DNA of 64,000 nt from Parcubacteria group bacterium (GTDB lineage Bacteria; Patescibacteriota; Minisyncoccia; Minisyncoccales; UBA10102): the NCBI GenBank assembly GCA_016203945.1, contig JACQLT010000002.1, positions 797 to 64,796 of the forward strand, in the 5' to 3' direction. This document shows positions 41,806 to 50,877 of this stretch, piece by piece; the first letter of the stretch is position 1, and each line of letters begins with the position of its first letter. The translations under genes and the position numbers were made by a program. Under the pieces are notes generated by a model. That model searched no databases. It saw only the letters and a list, made by a program, of their open reading frames with translations, and was not told the origin of the DNA.

Positions 41806-43524
41806 CTATTTTGTCAACCCCGAAAGCTGATTAAGTTTCGCTCTCGTGGCGGGCCCCACGTACCCGGTCCCCTGCGTAAGACCGAGGGGGGCGAGCACTT
41901 CTGTGCGGTGTTTCTCCTGGAAGCGGACAACCGCCGCCAAGGTGAGCTGGCCGAAGTTTCCGGTAATAAAGCCTTCGGGGTATACGTCGTCCTGTTTAAG
42001 CTGCTGCTGCAGGCAACGCACCTCGTCGCTGTTTCGCATGCCAAAGAAGAGGTTGCTCTGCAACGCCTGGCAGGAAACCTGTGCCGATCCGGATTGCAGG
42101 GTAGCTAACTGGCTTCGCAAACGGGCAATCTGGCTAAGCAGCGCCTCAATCTGCGCGCTAATCCCGGCGCCGGAATCCTGGGATGCTCCCGAGGTTATCG
42201 AGATTCTCCAGGAAAAGAAATATGAAGAAGCGCTTGAACCAAAACCGGCATTCCTCCCCTCTATGAAGGGCATGAGGATGAGAGCTGTGACGTCGTCTCC
42301 GAACCGCGGGATACTGATACTGCCGTGCTGAGCCGAGTCAATCGCCATAATCCTCAGCTCATATCCTCCGGATGCTTTTTCTAAAAGATACGGGACCCTG
42401 AAACGGACCTGCCCGTTGCCGTCAAACACGAACTCCATCTGCCCTTTCGGACCTCCGCTCACCTTATACCAATTCCCGGCCCATTCTTTTGTCTGACTGC
42501 TGAACGAAAGCTCGCTTGTCCCGAATGCGGGAAGAAAACTCGTATAGGGAGCCACGCGCAGTTGCCGCAGGGCTTGGGCCGTCAAACAAAACTGTTTTCC
42601 GTACGAACAATCATTCAAAAACAGCGCAACCACCCAGTTCTGAAAAACATCGGCAAACGTATCCTTGAATCCGTTCTTTACAAGCGCTTCGTTAAAGGCG
42701 TCAACGCCTTTCTTGTTGGAAAACACTATGTCTTGAGGGACTTTTATACCGTATTGTTCGCGCACATACTCAAAGAACATGCTAACGACCCCGTAGTCAA
42801 CGGAAGTGTTGCGCCATTCCACGAGAGAATCTCTTGGGTTCGTTATAAAGTCGCGCACCCGTTTTGCAAGGTATTCTTGCTCTTCTTCGTCTCTGTTTTT
42901 TGTCATCAAGGGGGCAAGCTCTGCAAACGCTTCCTGTATCCATACGTCGTCATCCACGCCTCTCAGAATGTCTTTCTGATTCAGATAAATGAGATGCATG
43001 TACTCGTGGGCGAGATAGCTTACGGCAAAGGATGAGGTGACGTATGTCCCGTTCAGGTATACCATCTCCCGCTCGTTTGACCTTGGGGCTTGCAGACGGG
43101 AAAATCCGTCTGCGGTATTCACATATCCCCGCACGTCTTCTCGCATCGGATGTATGAGCACGGTAATGTGGACGTCCCGGTCAATGCCAGGCGTATTCTC
43201 ATATCCAAACAGCCCAGTCAGGGAAGGGTACACGTCCCGCTCAAAGACCACGGCAATCTGAGACAAAGATGCCAGCACGGCATTCGCTTCCTGCGCTCCG
43301 AGCCCGTTCCACCAGTCATTCTCAATGTAGAAGTAGAGCTGCGGACTCATCTTCCTCAGAGTAGCTGTAACCTCGCTTCTCTTTGAAACGTCGTACGTGG
43401 TGTCAACGGAAAACACGCGCTGCTGATCTACCACGTCGGCTGAAACCAAAAGAGGCTGCCCGATAACAAAAATTACAGAGATAAAAAAGATTATGCGAAA
43501 AACCAGCCTCATCGTTTCTTCCAT
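41806..43524 (-). CDS. secreted putative zinc metalloprotease with C-terminal peptidoglycan-binding domain
   Basis: Signal peptide, HExxH (YLAHEYMHLIY), and a C-terminal PG_binding_1-like region VRCLQQQLKQDDVYPEGFITGNFGQLTLAAVVRFQ. Confidence 0.6.
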   Translation of the reverse strand: MEETMRLVFRIIFFISVIFVIGQPLLVSADVVDQQRVFSVDTTYDVSKRSEVTATLRKMSPQLYFYIENDWWNGLGAQEANAVLASLSQIAVVFERDVYPSLTGLFGYENTPGIDRDVHITVLIHPMREDVRGYVNTADGFSRLQAPRSNEREMVYLNGTYVTSSFAVSYLAHEYMHLIYLNQKDILRGVDDDVWIQEAFAELAPLMTKNRDEEEQEYLAKRVRDFITNPRDSLVEWRNTSVDYGVVSMFFEYVREQYGIKVPQDIVFSNKKGVDAFNEALVKNGFKDTFADVFQNWVVALFLNDCSYGKQFCLTAQALRQLRVAPYTSFLPAFGTSELSFSSQTKEWAGNWYKVSGGPKGQMEFVFDGNGQVRFRVPYLLEKASGGYELRIMAIDSAQHGSISIPRFGDDVTALILMPFIEGRNAGFGSSASSYFFSWRISITSGASQDSGAGISAQIEALLSQIARLRSQLATLQSGSAQVSCQALQSNLFFGMRNSDEVRCLQQQLKQDDVYPEGFITGNFGQLTLAAVVRFQEKHRTEVLAPLGLTQGTGYVGPATRAKLNQLSGLTK

Positions 43525-43551
43525 CGTACCAAAAGAAAGCCGAAACGCAAC

Positions 43552-45381
43552 TTACCTGTATGAAGGAACAAGGCGGTGCAGCGTATCAACTAAAGATTGC
43601 GATTCAGCTCCTGCCAGGCCTTCTTGCAGATGCCCTAGCCCCTTTTCCAGCAACGCGGCATCCAGGGGCGGAAGCTTCGCTATGAAAATCTTCTGATGCT
43701 GGGTTGCGCTCGTCCCCTCTTCCGCGCTCAGCATTTCTTCAAAAAGCTTTTCTCCGGGTCTCATGCCGGTAAATATGAACTGAATGTCGCGATCCGCTTC
43801 CAAACCCGAAAGACGAACCATTTCCCGGGCTAAATCCACAATCTTCACGGGGCTGCCCATATCAAGCACGAATATCTCTCCCCCTTTTCCCATGGCTGAA
43901 GCCTGCATCACGAGCAGACAGGCTTCGGGATTGGTCATGAAATAGCGTTTCATTTCAGGATCGGTAATCTTTACAGGCCCTCCTCTTTTAATCTGTTCCC
44001 GGAAAAGCGCCACAACATTCCCCCTGCTGTCCAATACGTTCCCAAAACGCACCGCAACAAAACGGGTGCCGCCCTTTCCGGAAAGCTCCTGACAAATCAT
44101 CTCTCCCACGCGCTTGGTAGCGCCCATGACCGAAGTCGGGTTAACCGCCTTATCGGTGGAAATATATACGAAACATTCAGTCCCGAGTCTTCCGGCAATT
44201 TCTGCAACGATTCTCGTACCTAATATATTCGTTCGCACGGCTTCTGCGGGATCGGCCTCCATTAATGGTACATGCTTGTAGGCCGCGGCATGAAACACAA
44301 TATGTGGCTGCCATTGCTTGAATACGCGCTCTATTTTCTGCTCATCGGTAATATTGCCCACGCATGAAATAATGCGTACGTGAGAAAACCGCTCATTGAG
44401 CTCTTGGGCGAGCATGAATATCCCGCTTTCATCTTGATCAAGGAGCACAATGACTGAGGGCGCGAATGTTGAAACCTGACGGGCAAGTTCAGAACCAATA
44501 GAGCCTGCGGCTCCGGTAATGAGTACAATTTTTTCACGGAGAAACCGGGAAAGCGCGTCTGTATCCAAAGATACCACTTCTCTTCCGAGAAGATCCTGTA
44601 CCTGCACGTCCCGCACGTCTGCAAAAGAGACCTTTCCGTCAAGGATCTCTCCCAGAGAAGGCAACACTTTCATGGTCTCAATCTGGGCTTGGCGTCCAAG
44701 CTCCACCGCTCGCTTTATGGCAGAGGAAGGGGCCGAGGGCATCGCAATGATCATCTCCTGGATTCCGTACTGTTTTGCGACAGCAGGGATATCAGGTACC
44801 GTTCCCGCAACGCGTACGCCGTGGATGCTCAACCCTTGTTTTCTCTTGTCGTCATCCACAAAACACGAAGGTGTGTATTTTTTCTGGCCGGTCTGCATGC
44901 TTCGCAGCAGCTGTTCTCCCGCATCGCCTGCTCCGACGATAAGGACACGGACACCTCCTGCGTTTTGCAGGGAGATATGCTGGGCAATGCGTTTTGCCAT
45001 GCGTATGGCTCCCGTGAAAAAGAACGTCAGTACGTATCCGACGAGCAATGTAGACCTGGGAAGTTCTGCAAACGCCCTCACGCCCTGGACGCTCACGACA
45101 ATGGTGGTGATCAACAGGAACCCGCCGGTCACGGCATACCAAAGCACAAGCACATCTCTCGTGCTCACGTGACGCCAGGAGAAAGAATACAGGCGGGCCC
45201 AAAGGAAAACAGGGAGAATCGCGGCCCAACCCAGCACGATCATGACGGGCAATGTTAGATAAAGATGTACAGCCGGAATCATTCCGTCAAAACGCAGAAA
45301 GAACGCAAGGAAAAATGCGAGCGCTATAAACAGCGCATCACCGAATAGAAACAACAGGGTTCTTGAAATCCTCTGAGTCAT
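43552..45381 (-). CDS. membrane-anchored polysaccharide biosynthesis protein (CapD/WbpM/PglF-type UDP-HexNAc 4,6-dehydratase)
   Basis: Four N-terminal TM helices, VLIVGAGDAGEQL and VLITGAAGSIGSEL Rossmann motifs. Confidence 0.85.
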   Translation of the reverse strand: MTQRISRTLLFLFGDALFIALAFFLAFFLRFDGMIPAVHLYLTLPVMIVLGWAAILPVFLWARLYSFSWRHVSTRDVLVLWYAVTGGFLLITTIVVSVQGVRAFAELPRSTLLVGYVLTFFFTGAIRMAKRIAQHISLQNAGGVRVLIVGAGDAGEQLLRSMQTGQKKYTPSCFVDDDKRKQGLSIHGVRVAGTVPDIPAVAKQYGIQEMIIAMPSAPSSAIKRAVELGRQAQIETMKVLPSLGEILDGKVSFADVRDVQVQDLLGREVVSLDTDALSRFLREKIVLITGAAGSIGSELARQVSTFAPSVIVLLDQDESGIFMLAQELNERFSHVRIISCVGNITDEQKIERVFKQWQPHIVFHAAAYKHVPLMEADPAEAVRTNILGTRIVAEIAGRLGTECFVYISTDKAVNPTSVMGATKRVGEMICQELSGKGGTRFVAVRFGNVLDSRGNVVALFREQIKRGGPVKITDPEMKRYFMTNPEACLLVMQASAMGKGGEIFVLDMGSPVKIVDLAREMVRLSGLEADRDIQFIFTGMRPGEKLFEEMLSAEEGTSATQHQKIFIAKLPPLDAALLEKGLGHLQEGLAGAESQSLVDTLHRLVPSYR

Positions 45382-46511
45382 GACAGTAGATCCATGCTCT
45401 CTTGAAGAGCTTTGATTACCCTATGTTGCTGCTGGGGCTGAAGCACCGAAGAAAACGGCAACGCAATCGTCCTGTCGCCAACCCACTCCGTATGCGGGAA
45501 CTTTCCGAGCTTGGACCCGAATGCCTGACGATAGAACGGCTGCAGATGAATGGGCTCAAAGTATGTGCTGCACTGCACCCCTCTTTTTGCCATGAGTTTC
45601 ACAATCCTATCCCGATGAGATTTCGTAAAAGGAGGGGTGAGCATGAGCACGTATACGAACCAGCTTCGTTTCGCGCCGGGCCTGGAAACCGGAAGGATGA
45701 CCCGCTTCTCTTGCGAGAGCAGACGAGAGTACAACGAGGCGGCTCTTGCTCGTTTTTGCAACATCCCTGGCAGGCGCTTGAGCTGCGCCAACCCCAGGGC
45801 GGCCTGCATCTCTGTCATCCGGTAGTTGTATCCCAATCTCACGTGCCCCAGCCAAGTATTCTTTCCCTGCTTTCTTCCTTGATTCGTCATGCTCCGACAG
45901 AGATCCGCAATCCTCTTATCGTCAGTCAGCACCATCCCTCCTTCTCCGGTGGTCATCTGCTTGTTCGGATAGAAAGAGAATATGGCGGCATCTCCAAATC
46001 CTCCGCACTTCTTGCCTTTGTATATGGCCCCAATGGCTTCTGCAGAATCCTCAATAACCTTCAACCGGTATTTCCTTGCGATGCGCAAAATCTCATCCCA
46101 CGCGGCTGGTTCGCCGAACACGTCTACCGCCAAAATCGCTTTCGTCCGCCCTGGGCGAATCACCTTCTCTATCTTTGCAGGATCAATATTAAATATGTCT
46201 TTTTCAATGTCCACGAATACGGGCGATGCCCCCACGTACAGGATACAGTTGGAAGAAGCGATGAAAGAAAACGAGGGCACGATCACCTCGTCCCCTTTGC
46301 CGATCCCCAATGCAGACAAGGCAAGATGCAGCGCCGAGGTTCCGGAGTTCACGGCAACGGCATACTTCCTGCCAGCCAGCCGCGCCATGCCCTTTTCAAA
46401 TGTCGATATCTGGGGACCCGAACCCATGGAAGTCAGAATGGGCGTTTTCAATACATTCTGCACCGCCGTGCGTTCGGCTTCTGTAATGTCTGGGGAAGAA
46501 AGGGGAATCAT
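45378..46511 (-). CDS. DegT/DnrJ/EryC1/StrS-family sugar aminotransferase (PglE-like)
   Basis: AVNSGTSALHLAL and SFYPNKQMTTGEGG (PLP-Lys region). 4-nt overlap with the dehydratase gene. Confidence 0.88.
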   Translation of the reverse strand: MIPLSSPDITEAERTAVQNVLKTPILTSMGSGPQISTFEKGMARLAGRKYAVAVNSGTSALHLALSALGIGKGDEVIVPSFSFIASSNCILYVGASPVFVDIEKDIFNIDPAKIEKVIRPGRTKAILAVDVFGEPAAWDEILRIARKYRLKVIEDSAEAIGAIYKGKKCGGFGDAAIFSFYPNKQMTTGEGGMVLTDDKRIADLCRSMTNQGRKQGKNTWLGHVRLGYNYRMTEMQAALGLAQLKRLPGMLQKRARAASLYSRLLSQEKRVILPVSRPGAKRSWFVYVLMLTPPFTKSHRDRIVKLMAKRGVQCSTYFEPIHLQPFYRQAFGSKLGKFPHTEWVGDRTIALPFSSVLQPQQQHRVIKALQESMDLLS

Positions 46512-46528
46512 GAATGGCTTGTAGCTTC

Positions 46529-46930
46529 TTAGCTTTTTAGCTTTTTGATGACTCGAGCGGGAATTCCAAATGCGACCGCGTTGGCAGGAATATCCTTATT
46601 GACAAAACTGAATGCTCCCACAATGGCTCCTTTGCCTATCGTAACTCCTGGCATGATGAGCGAATGAGATCCGATGCTGCAGTTTTTTTTCAGCACCACT
46701 TTTCCTTCTTTTTGGTCAATCGTAGATACGGAATAAATGGAACAATGGGATCCTATTTGGGCCTCGTCCTCAATAACCACCCCGTATTTTGCATTGATAT
46801 AGGTAAAGGCACCGATATCGGTTTTCTTCCCAAGCTTCAAGTTCTTGGCGTGCTGGACCAGCCAGTGATATTTTGTCGGTCTTCCCTCCCGTATGGTCGG
46901 ATATTTCCAGCGAACAAATCGGTCATTCAT
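46529..46930 (-). CDS. hexapeptide-repeat acetyltransferase (PglD/WbbJ-like)
   Basis: Left-handed beta-helix repeats IGSHCSIYSV / IGSHSLIMPGVTIGKGAIVGAFSFV. Confidence 0.8.
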   Translation of the reverse strand: MNDRFVRWKYPTIREGRPTKYHWLVQHAKNLKLGKKTDIGAFTYINAKYGVVIEDEAQIGSHCSIYSVSTIDQKEGKVVLKKNCSIGSHSLIMPGVTIGKGAIVGAFSFVNKDIPANAVAFGIPARVIKKLKS

Positions 46931-46935
46931 GGCGT

Positions 46936-47550
46936 TTATTTATAGTCTTCAACAACCCCTTTCGCCCCGTATTGGCCTTTTCCCAATAGCACGATTATAG
47001 CCGTATAGAAGAGAATTTTCAAGTCAAGAAAAATGGACCAGTGCTCAATGTACCATACGTCCCACCGAATGCGCTCTTTCCAGGAAAGCGTGTTCCATCC
47101 TTTCAGCATCGCCATATTCGCTATTCCGGGTTTTACCAAAAGACGCTTTCGTTCTGATGCGGAATATTGGGCCGCCTGATGCGGAAGGGCGGGCCGCGGC
47201 CCGACAAATGACATCTCCCCTTTCAAAATATGGAAGAGTTGAGGAAGCTCGTCAATGCCGAATCTCCGGAGTATCCGCCCGACCCAGGTGATGCGAAAAT
47301 CATTTTGCTCCACCTCAATCCCCCTTCCCATATTCACCGCGTTCTCTACCATCGTCCGGAACTTCAGCATTCTAAACACCTTCCCGTCTTTCCCCACCCG
47401 TTCTTGGATGAAAAATATAGGGCCTCTGGAGTCTATCCTGATGAGAATTGCGATAATAAAAAAAGGGATCGCAAGCACGACGAATATCGCTAATGCCGCG
47501 AGAAGATCAAATACTCTCTTGAGAAATCTCTGAAATCCCATCATATGCAT
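46936..47550 (-). CDS. polyprenyl-phosphate sugar-1-phosphate transferase (bacterial sugar transferase, PglC/WbaP-C type)
   Basis: FFIQERVGKDGKVFRMLKFRTM and GIDELPQLFHILKGEMSFVGPRP. Confidence 0.88.
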   Translation of the reverse strand: MHMMGFQRFLKRVFDLLAALAIFVVLAIPFFIIAILIRIDSRGPIFFIQERVGKDGKVFRMLKFRTMVENAVNMGRGIEVEQNDFRITWVGRILRRFGIDELPQLFHILKGEMSFVGPRPALPHQAAQYSASERKRLLVKPGIANMAMLKGWNTLSWKERIRWDVWYIEHWSIFLDLKILFYTAIIVLLGKGQYGAKGVVEDYK

Positions 47551-47556
47551 ATCCTA

Positions 47557-49584
47557 TCACGGATTCTGCCCGAGAGAAGATATGCGAAGTTTCGCTTTCA
47601 GAAGCTGCTCGTACTCTTTCCGAAGTAGTTCGAATACCGCATCCTGATCATATTCCCGCTCCACCTTTTTTCTCCCCTCCTCCCCCATTACTTTGGCTTC
47701 TTCCGGATGAGAAAGAATATGCTCAATCGCCTCCGCCAGCTTTGCTGGATTACTGGAAGGAACCAGGAATCCCGTCTTTTTGTCATCCACCCCCTCCCTG
47801 CATCCTCGAATATCAGAAGCCACAACAGGTCTCTTCATCGCAGAGGCCTCTAAAATGGAGAGCCCCAGTCCTTCCCTGTACGAAGGCAGGACGAAGACAT
47901 CCATAACGGAATACAGCTCGATGACGTCTATGCGCTCTCCAAGAAACAGCACCTTGTCCCGGATGCCGTATGTATCAACAATGTTTTTATCCAGCGCATC
48001 TCTTTTTTCTGGCTCCTCCGGTCCTATGATAAGCAGTACTGTATTCGGAAATCGTTTTAGGATTTGGACAAACGCGGCAAAAAGAGGAATAAATCCCTTT
48101 TCTCTCACCAAGCGAGCCACAATTCCAACAACCTTCGTATTGAGAGGAACGCCTATTTCCCGCTTCTTTTGCGCGATGAACTCTTTTGAAAATCGACTCG
48201 GATCAAATTTTCGAAGGTTAATGCCTCCTCCGACATATATTACTTTTCCAGAGGGGTAAATCCCATGACCAGTTAAAAATGCGACATCTTCCTTGTTTAC
48301 CGAAAATGCCTTATGGACGATTTTTGCGATAATCCTCTCTATGGGAATAAAGATGAATTTCTTTTGCCAGGAAGAATCTTTCTGAAAATAGAGCCCGTGA
48401 ATGGTCGTGATGCGAACTGGAACTCTTGCGAAGAATGCCGCGAGCTGTCCCAAGAAACTTGCCTTGGGCGTATGAGTGTGCACAATATCAAATCGCTCTT
48501 TTTTGAAAAACCAATAAAGTCTAAATAATGCCGCAAGGTCTGCAATTGGGGTAAAGAGCCGCCTTGTAATCATAGTGGTCTGCACCTTTATTCCGGTATT
48601 TCTGATTTCTGGCACCCATTTCCCATCCGAAGATGCCGCATGCACCTCGTATTTCTCTTTCTGAAGGTAGCGCATAAAATCCAGGAGAAGAAACCGCAGA
48701 GAAATATCTGCGGACGCCACCTGGCATATTTTAAACATACGATCCTGTTCTTTGTGGGAACGAGCTCCCCTTAATTGATACCCCATCCCTTTTATCCCTC
48801 GCCTCAAAGAAGCAGGGACAAGATAGCTCACATATCCTCTTGCAATGCCAAGAGAGGCCCGCAAGCTCTTTGGGTAAAACCCCTCTCTAAGAGCTTTCTG
48901 TCTTGCCTTGAGCGCAAAGAGCGCCTGTTCTCTGTTTCTGGTCCGCGTGATGGAATCAGGGGCAAATCGGTAGGTGGTCAAATATGCAGAGAGATTCGCA
49001 GTGTCGTAGAATTTTGCAATGCGGAAATAAAGCTCGTAATCTTGAGTGTATTTCCAGCGCTCATCGTACCAGCCAACCTTGTCGAGGGCCTCTTTTCTCA
49101 TCATGATGGCCGAGTGTACGAATGGGTTAGTGAAAATAAGCGCTCTTTTGAGGGCGGCGCTATCTGTGGGAAGTTTCTTTTTGTTCGCTATGGTTCCCTC
49201 CTTGTCCATCTCATACGCCCAGGTGCCCAGAAGGGCGCAGGAAGGATTGGCTTCAAGAAACTCCACTTGAAGCTGAATCCTTTCCTTGTGTGCGATGGCT
49301 TTGTCGTCTACACGAGCAATATACTTTCCCTTCGCTTCCCTCAAGGCCTTGTTGAGAGATTTGGTAAGGCCAAGGTTTGTTTGATTGCTCAGGAGCCGGA
49401 TCCTTGCGTCTCGAACGGCGTATTCTTTGAGTATGTGAGAAGTTTCATCCGAAGAAGCATCATCTACGATAAGAAGTTCCAGATTTTTGTAGCTTTGAGA
49501 AAGAATGCTTTCTACGGACTCTTTGAGAAGCGAAGCGCGGTTGCGAGTAGCCATGACTACGGAAACAAGAGGTCTGTTTTTCAT
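47557..49584 (-). CDS. bifunctional glycosyltransferase, GT2 (N-terminal) + GT4 (C-terminal)
   Basis: VSVVMATRNRASLL..LELLIVDDASSDET (GT2). REGLGLSILEASAMKRPVVASDIRGCREGV (GT4 E-x7-E region). Confidence 0.85.
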   Translation of the reverse strand: MKNRPLVSVVMATRNRASLLKESVESILSQSYKNLELLIVDDASSDETSHILKEYAVRDARIRLLSNQTNLGLTKSLNKALREAKGKYIARVDDKAIAHKERIQLQVEFLEANPSCALLGTWAYEMDKEGTIANKKKLPTDSAALKRALIFTNPFVHSAIMMRKEALDKVGWYDERWKYTQDYELYFRIAKFYDTANLSAYLTTYRFAPDSITRTRNREQALFALKARQKALREGFYPKSLRASLGIARGYVSYLVPASLRRGIKGMGYQLRGARSHKEQDRMFKICQVASADISLRFLLLDFMRYLQKEKYEVHAASSDGKWVPEIRNTGIKVQTTMITRRLFTPIADLAALFRLYWFFKKERFDIVHTHTPKASFLGQLAAFFARVPVRITTIHGLYFQKDSSWQKKFIFIPIERIIAKIVHKAFSVNKEDVAFLTGHGIYPSGKVIYVGGGINLRKFDPSRFSKEFIAQKKREIGVPLNTKVVGIVARLVREKGFIPLFAAFVQILKRFPNTVLLIIGPEEPEKRDALDKNIVDTYGIRDKVLFLGERIDVIELYSVMDVFVLPSYREGLGLSILEASAMKRPVVASDIRGCREGVDDKKTGFLVPSSNPAKLAEAIEHILSHPEEAKVMGEEGRKKVEREYDQDAVFELLRKEYEQLLKAKLRISSLGQNP

Positions 49585-50327
49585 ATGCGCTTTCTGAGAA
49601 AAAACTTACGAAAAAAAAATTTAATGTCGTACCAGAGAAAAAAGGGGATCAAGGCAAGCCCTTTGATCTTTGCTTTTTGTTTTGCTTTCTTCAGATCTTC
49701 TCCGCCAAGCACCAGGGAAAGCGCTTTTGCAAGTTGCGCAGGGGCTGGTTGAAGTTCCAAAAATGCGATGAGTTTTCTCATGGTGCCTTGGGTATTCTCG
49801 AGCATTTCTTCATAGGAAATTTCAAGCGTCCGGAGATCAGGGTTTCTTTCAAAAAATTCTTTAATGCGCTCTTCGTACACACGAGTAATTCGTAAGGCTT
49901 CATCTCTCCGCATCCCTGACCTCTTCTGTAAGGACTCGGCAATCTGGTTGGGATTTCTCTTGCAATGAATAAAATAAGGATTTCTCAAGAAGGGAAAGTA
50001 GAGAGATATGGTGAGGCTCGTACGAGGATCTTTCCAGCCCCAAAGATCTCGCTCTGATCTTGCAATAAGATTTTTTATTCTTGGAGCAAAACGATCTCTA
50101 ATCGCTTCAAGCTCGGAAAGAGAAGGGGGGTGAGCCGCGTCTCCATTCGCTGCGAGCAGGAGGGTATCATTCAGCTCTACAAATTCCGCATTCTCAAAAT
50201 GGCCGAGGGGATTTGAGGATGTCGCTCCAATCAGCTTCTTTCCCAGATGCACCCCCAAGACATTCAAGATGCTTGCTGTCAAAGAGGTGCCGGATCGATG
50301 CATGCCAATCACGACTATGGTTTTCAT
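49581..50327 (-). CDS. PAPS-dependent sulfotransferase family protein
   Basis: VVIGMHRSGTSLTASIL matches the 5'-phosphosulfate-binding loop of sulfotransferases. 4-nt overlap with the GT gene. Confidence 0.7.
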   Translation of the reverse strand: MKTIVVIGMHRSGTSLTASILNVLGVHLGKKLIGATSSNPLGHFENAEFVELNDTLLLAANGDAAHPPSLSELEAIRDRFAPRIKNLIARSERDLWGWKDPRTSLTISLYFPFLRNPYFIHCKRNPNQIAESLQKRSGMRRDEALRITRVYEERIKEFFERNPDLRTLEISYEEMLENTQGTMRKLIAFLELQPAPAQLAKALSLVLGGEDLKKAKQKAKIKGLALIPFFLWYDIKFFFRKFFLRKRI

Positions 50328-50339
50328 GAATGAGAAGAA

Positions 50340-50873
50340 TCACCGAATATATCCATGTCCTTTCAGATAATCAAGAATCTTTTGCTTGTTTTCTTCGATG
50401 CTCGCAGTATCCGTATGAAGTTCTATGTTCGGGTTTTCTGGAAATTCGTATGGATCGGAAACTCCGGTAAAATTGGGGATCTCTCCTCTCTCTGCTTTTT
50501 TATACAACCCTTTTTTATCTCTCTGTTTACAAACCTCCAAAGAGCAACTGCAGAATACTTCAATAAAGTTTTGAACCTCCTTCCGCACCCCTTCCCTCTG
50601 CGCCCGATACGGAGAGATAAAAGAAGCTATCACTCCGACACCATTTCGACTCAGCAACGCGGCAAGAAATCCAACCCGTCTGATATGTTCGTCGCGATCC
50701 TCCTTTGTAAAACCGAGGTCTTTCCAGAGGTGCTTGCGCACAAGGTCTCCGTCCAAGCGTTCTGCAAGATACCCTCTTTGCTTGAGCTCTTCCTCTACTC
50801 GGTCTCCCAGAGTTGTTTTTCCAGAACCTGAGAGGCCGGTAAGCCAAAGTACAAATCCTTTTTGCATGTGCAT
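50340..50873 (-). CDS. cysC: adenylyl-sulfate (APS) kinase
   Basis: WLTGLSGSGKTTLG, LDGDLVRKHL, VIASFISPY. ATG 50873 lies just after the upstream stop. Confidence 0.9.
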   Translation of the reverse strand: MHMQKGFVLWLTGLSGSGKTTLGDRVEEELKQRGYLAERLDGDLVRKHLWKDLGFTKEDRDEHIRRVGFLAALLSRNGVGVIASFISPYRAQREGVRKEVQNFIEVFCSCSLEVCKQRDKKGLYKKAERGEIPNFTGVSDPYEFPENPNIELHTDTASIEENKQKILDYLKGHGYIR

Positions 50874-50877
50874 GTTC

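Noticed and set aside
45402-46532. 376-aa plus-strand ORF, the longest plus-strand ORF in the glycan locus
   Set aside because: It is exactly antisense to the DegT-family aminotransferase, which has clear family motifs. Its sequence is low-complexity and Arg/His/Pro-rich with no motifs. It is a shadow ORF.
48775-49752. 325-aa plus-strand ORF
   Set aside because: It is antisense to the GT2+GT4 gene and the sulfotransferase gene. It has no start context and no recognisable motifs. It is a shadow ORF.
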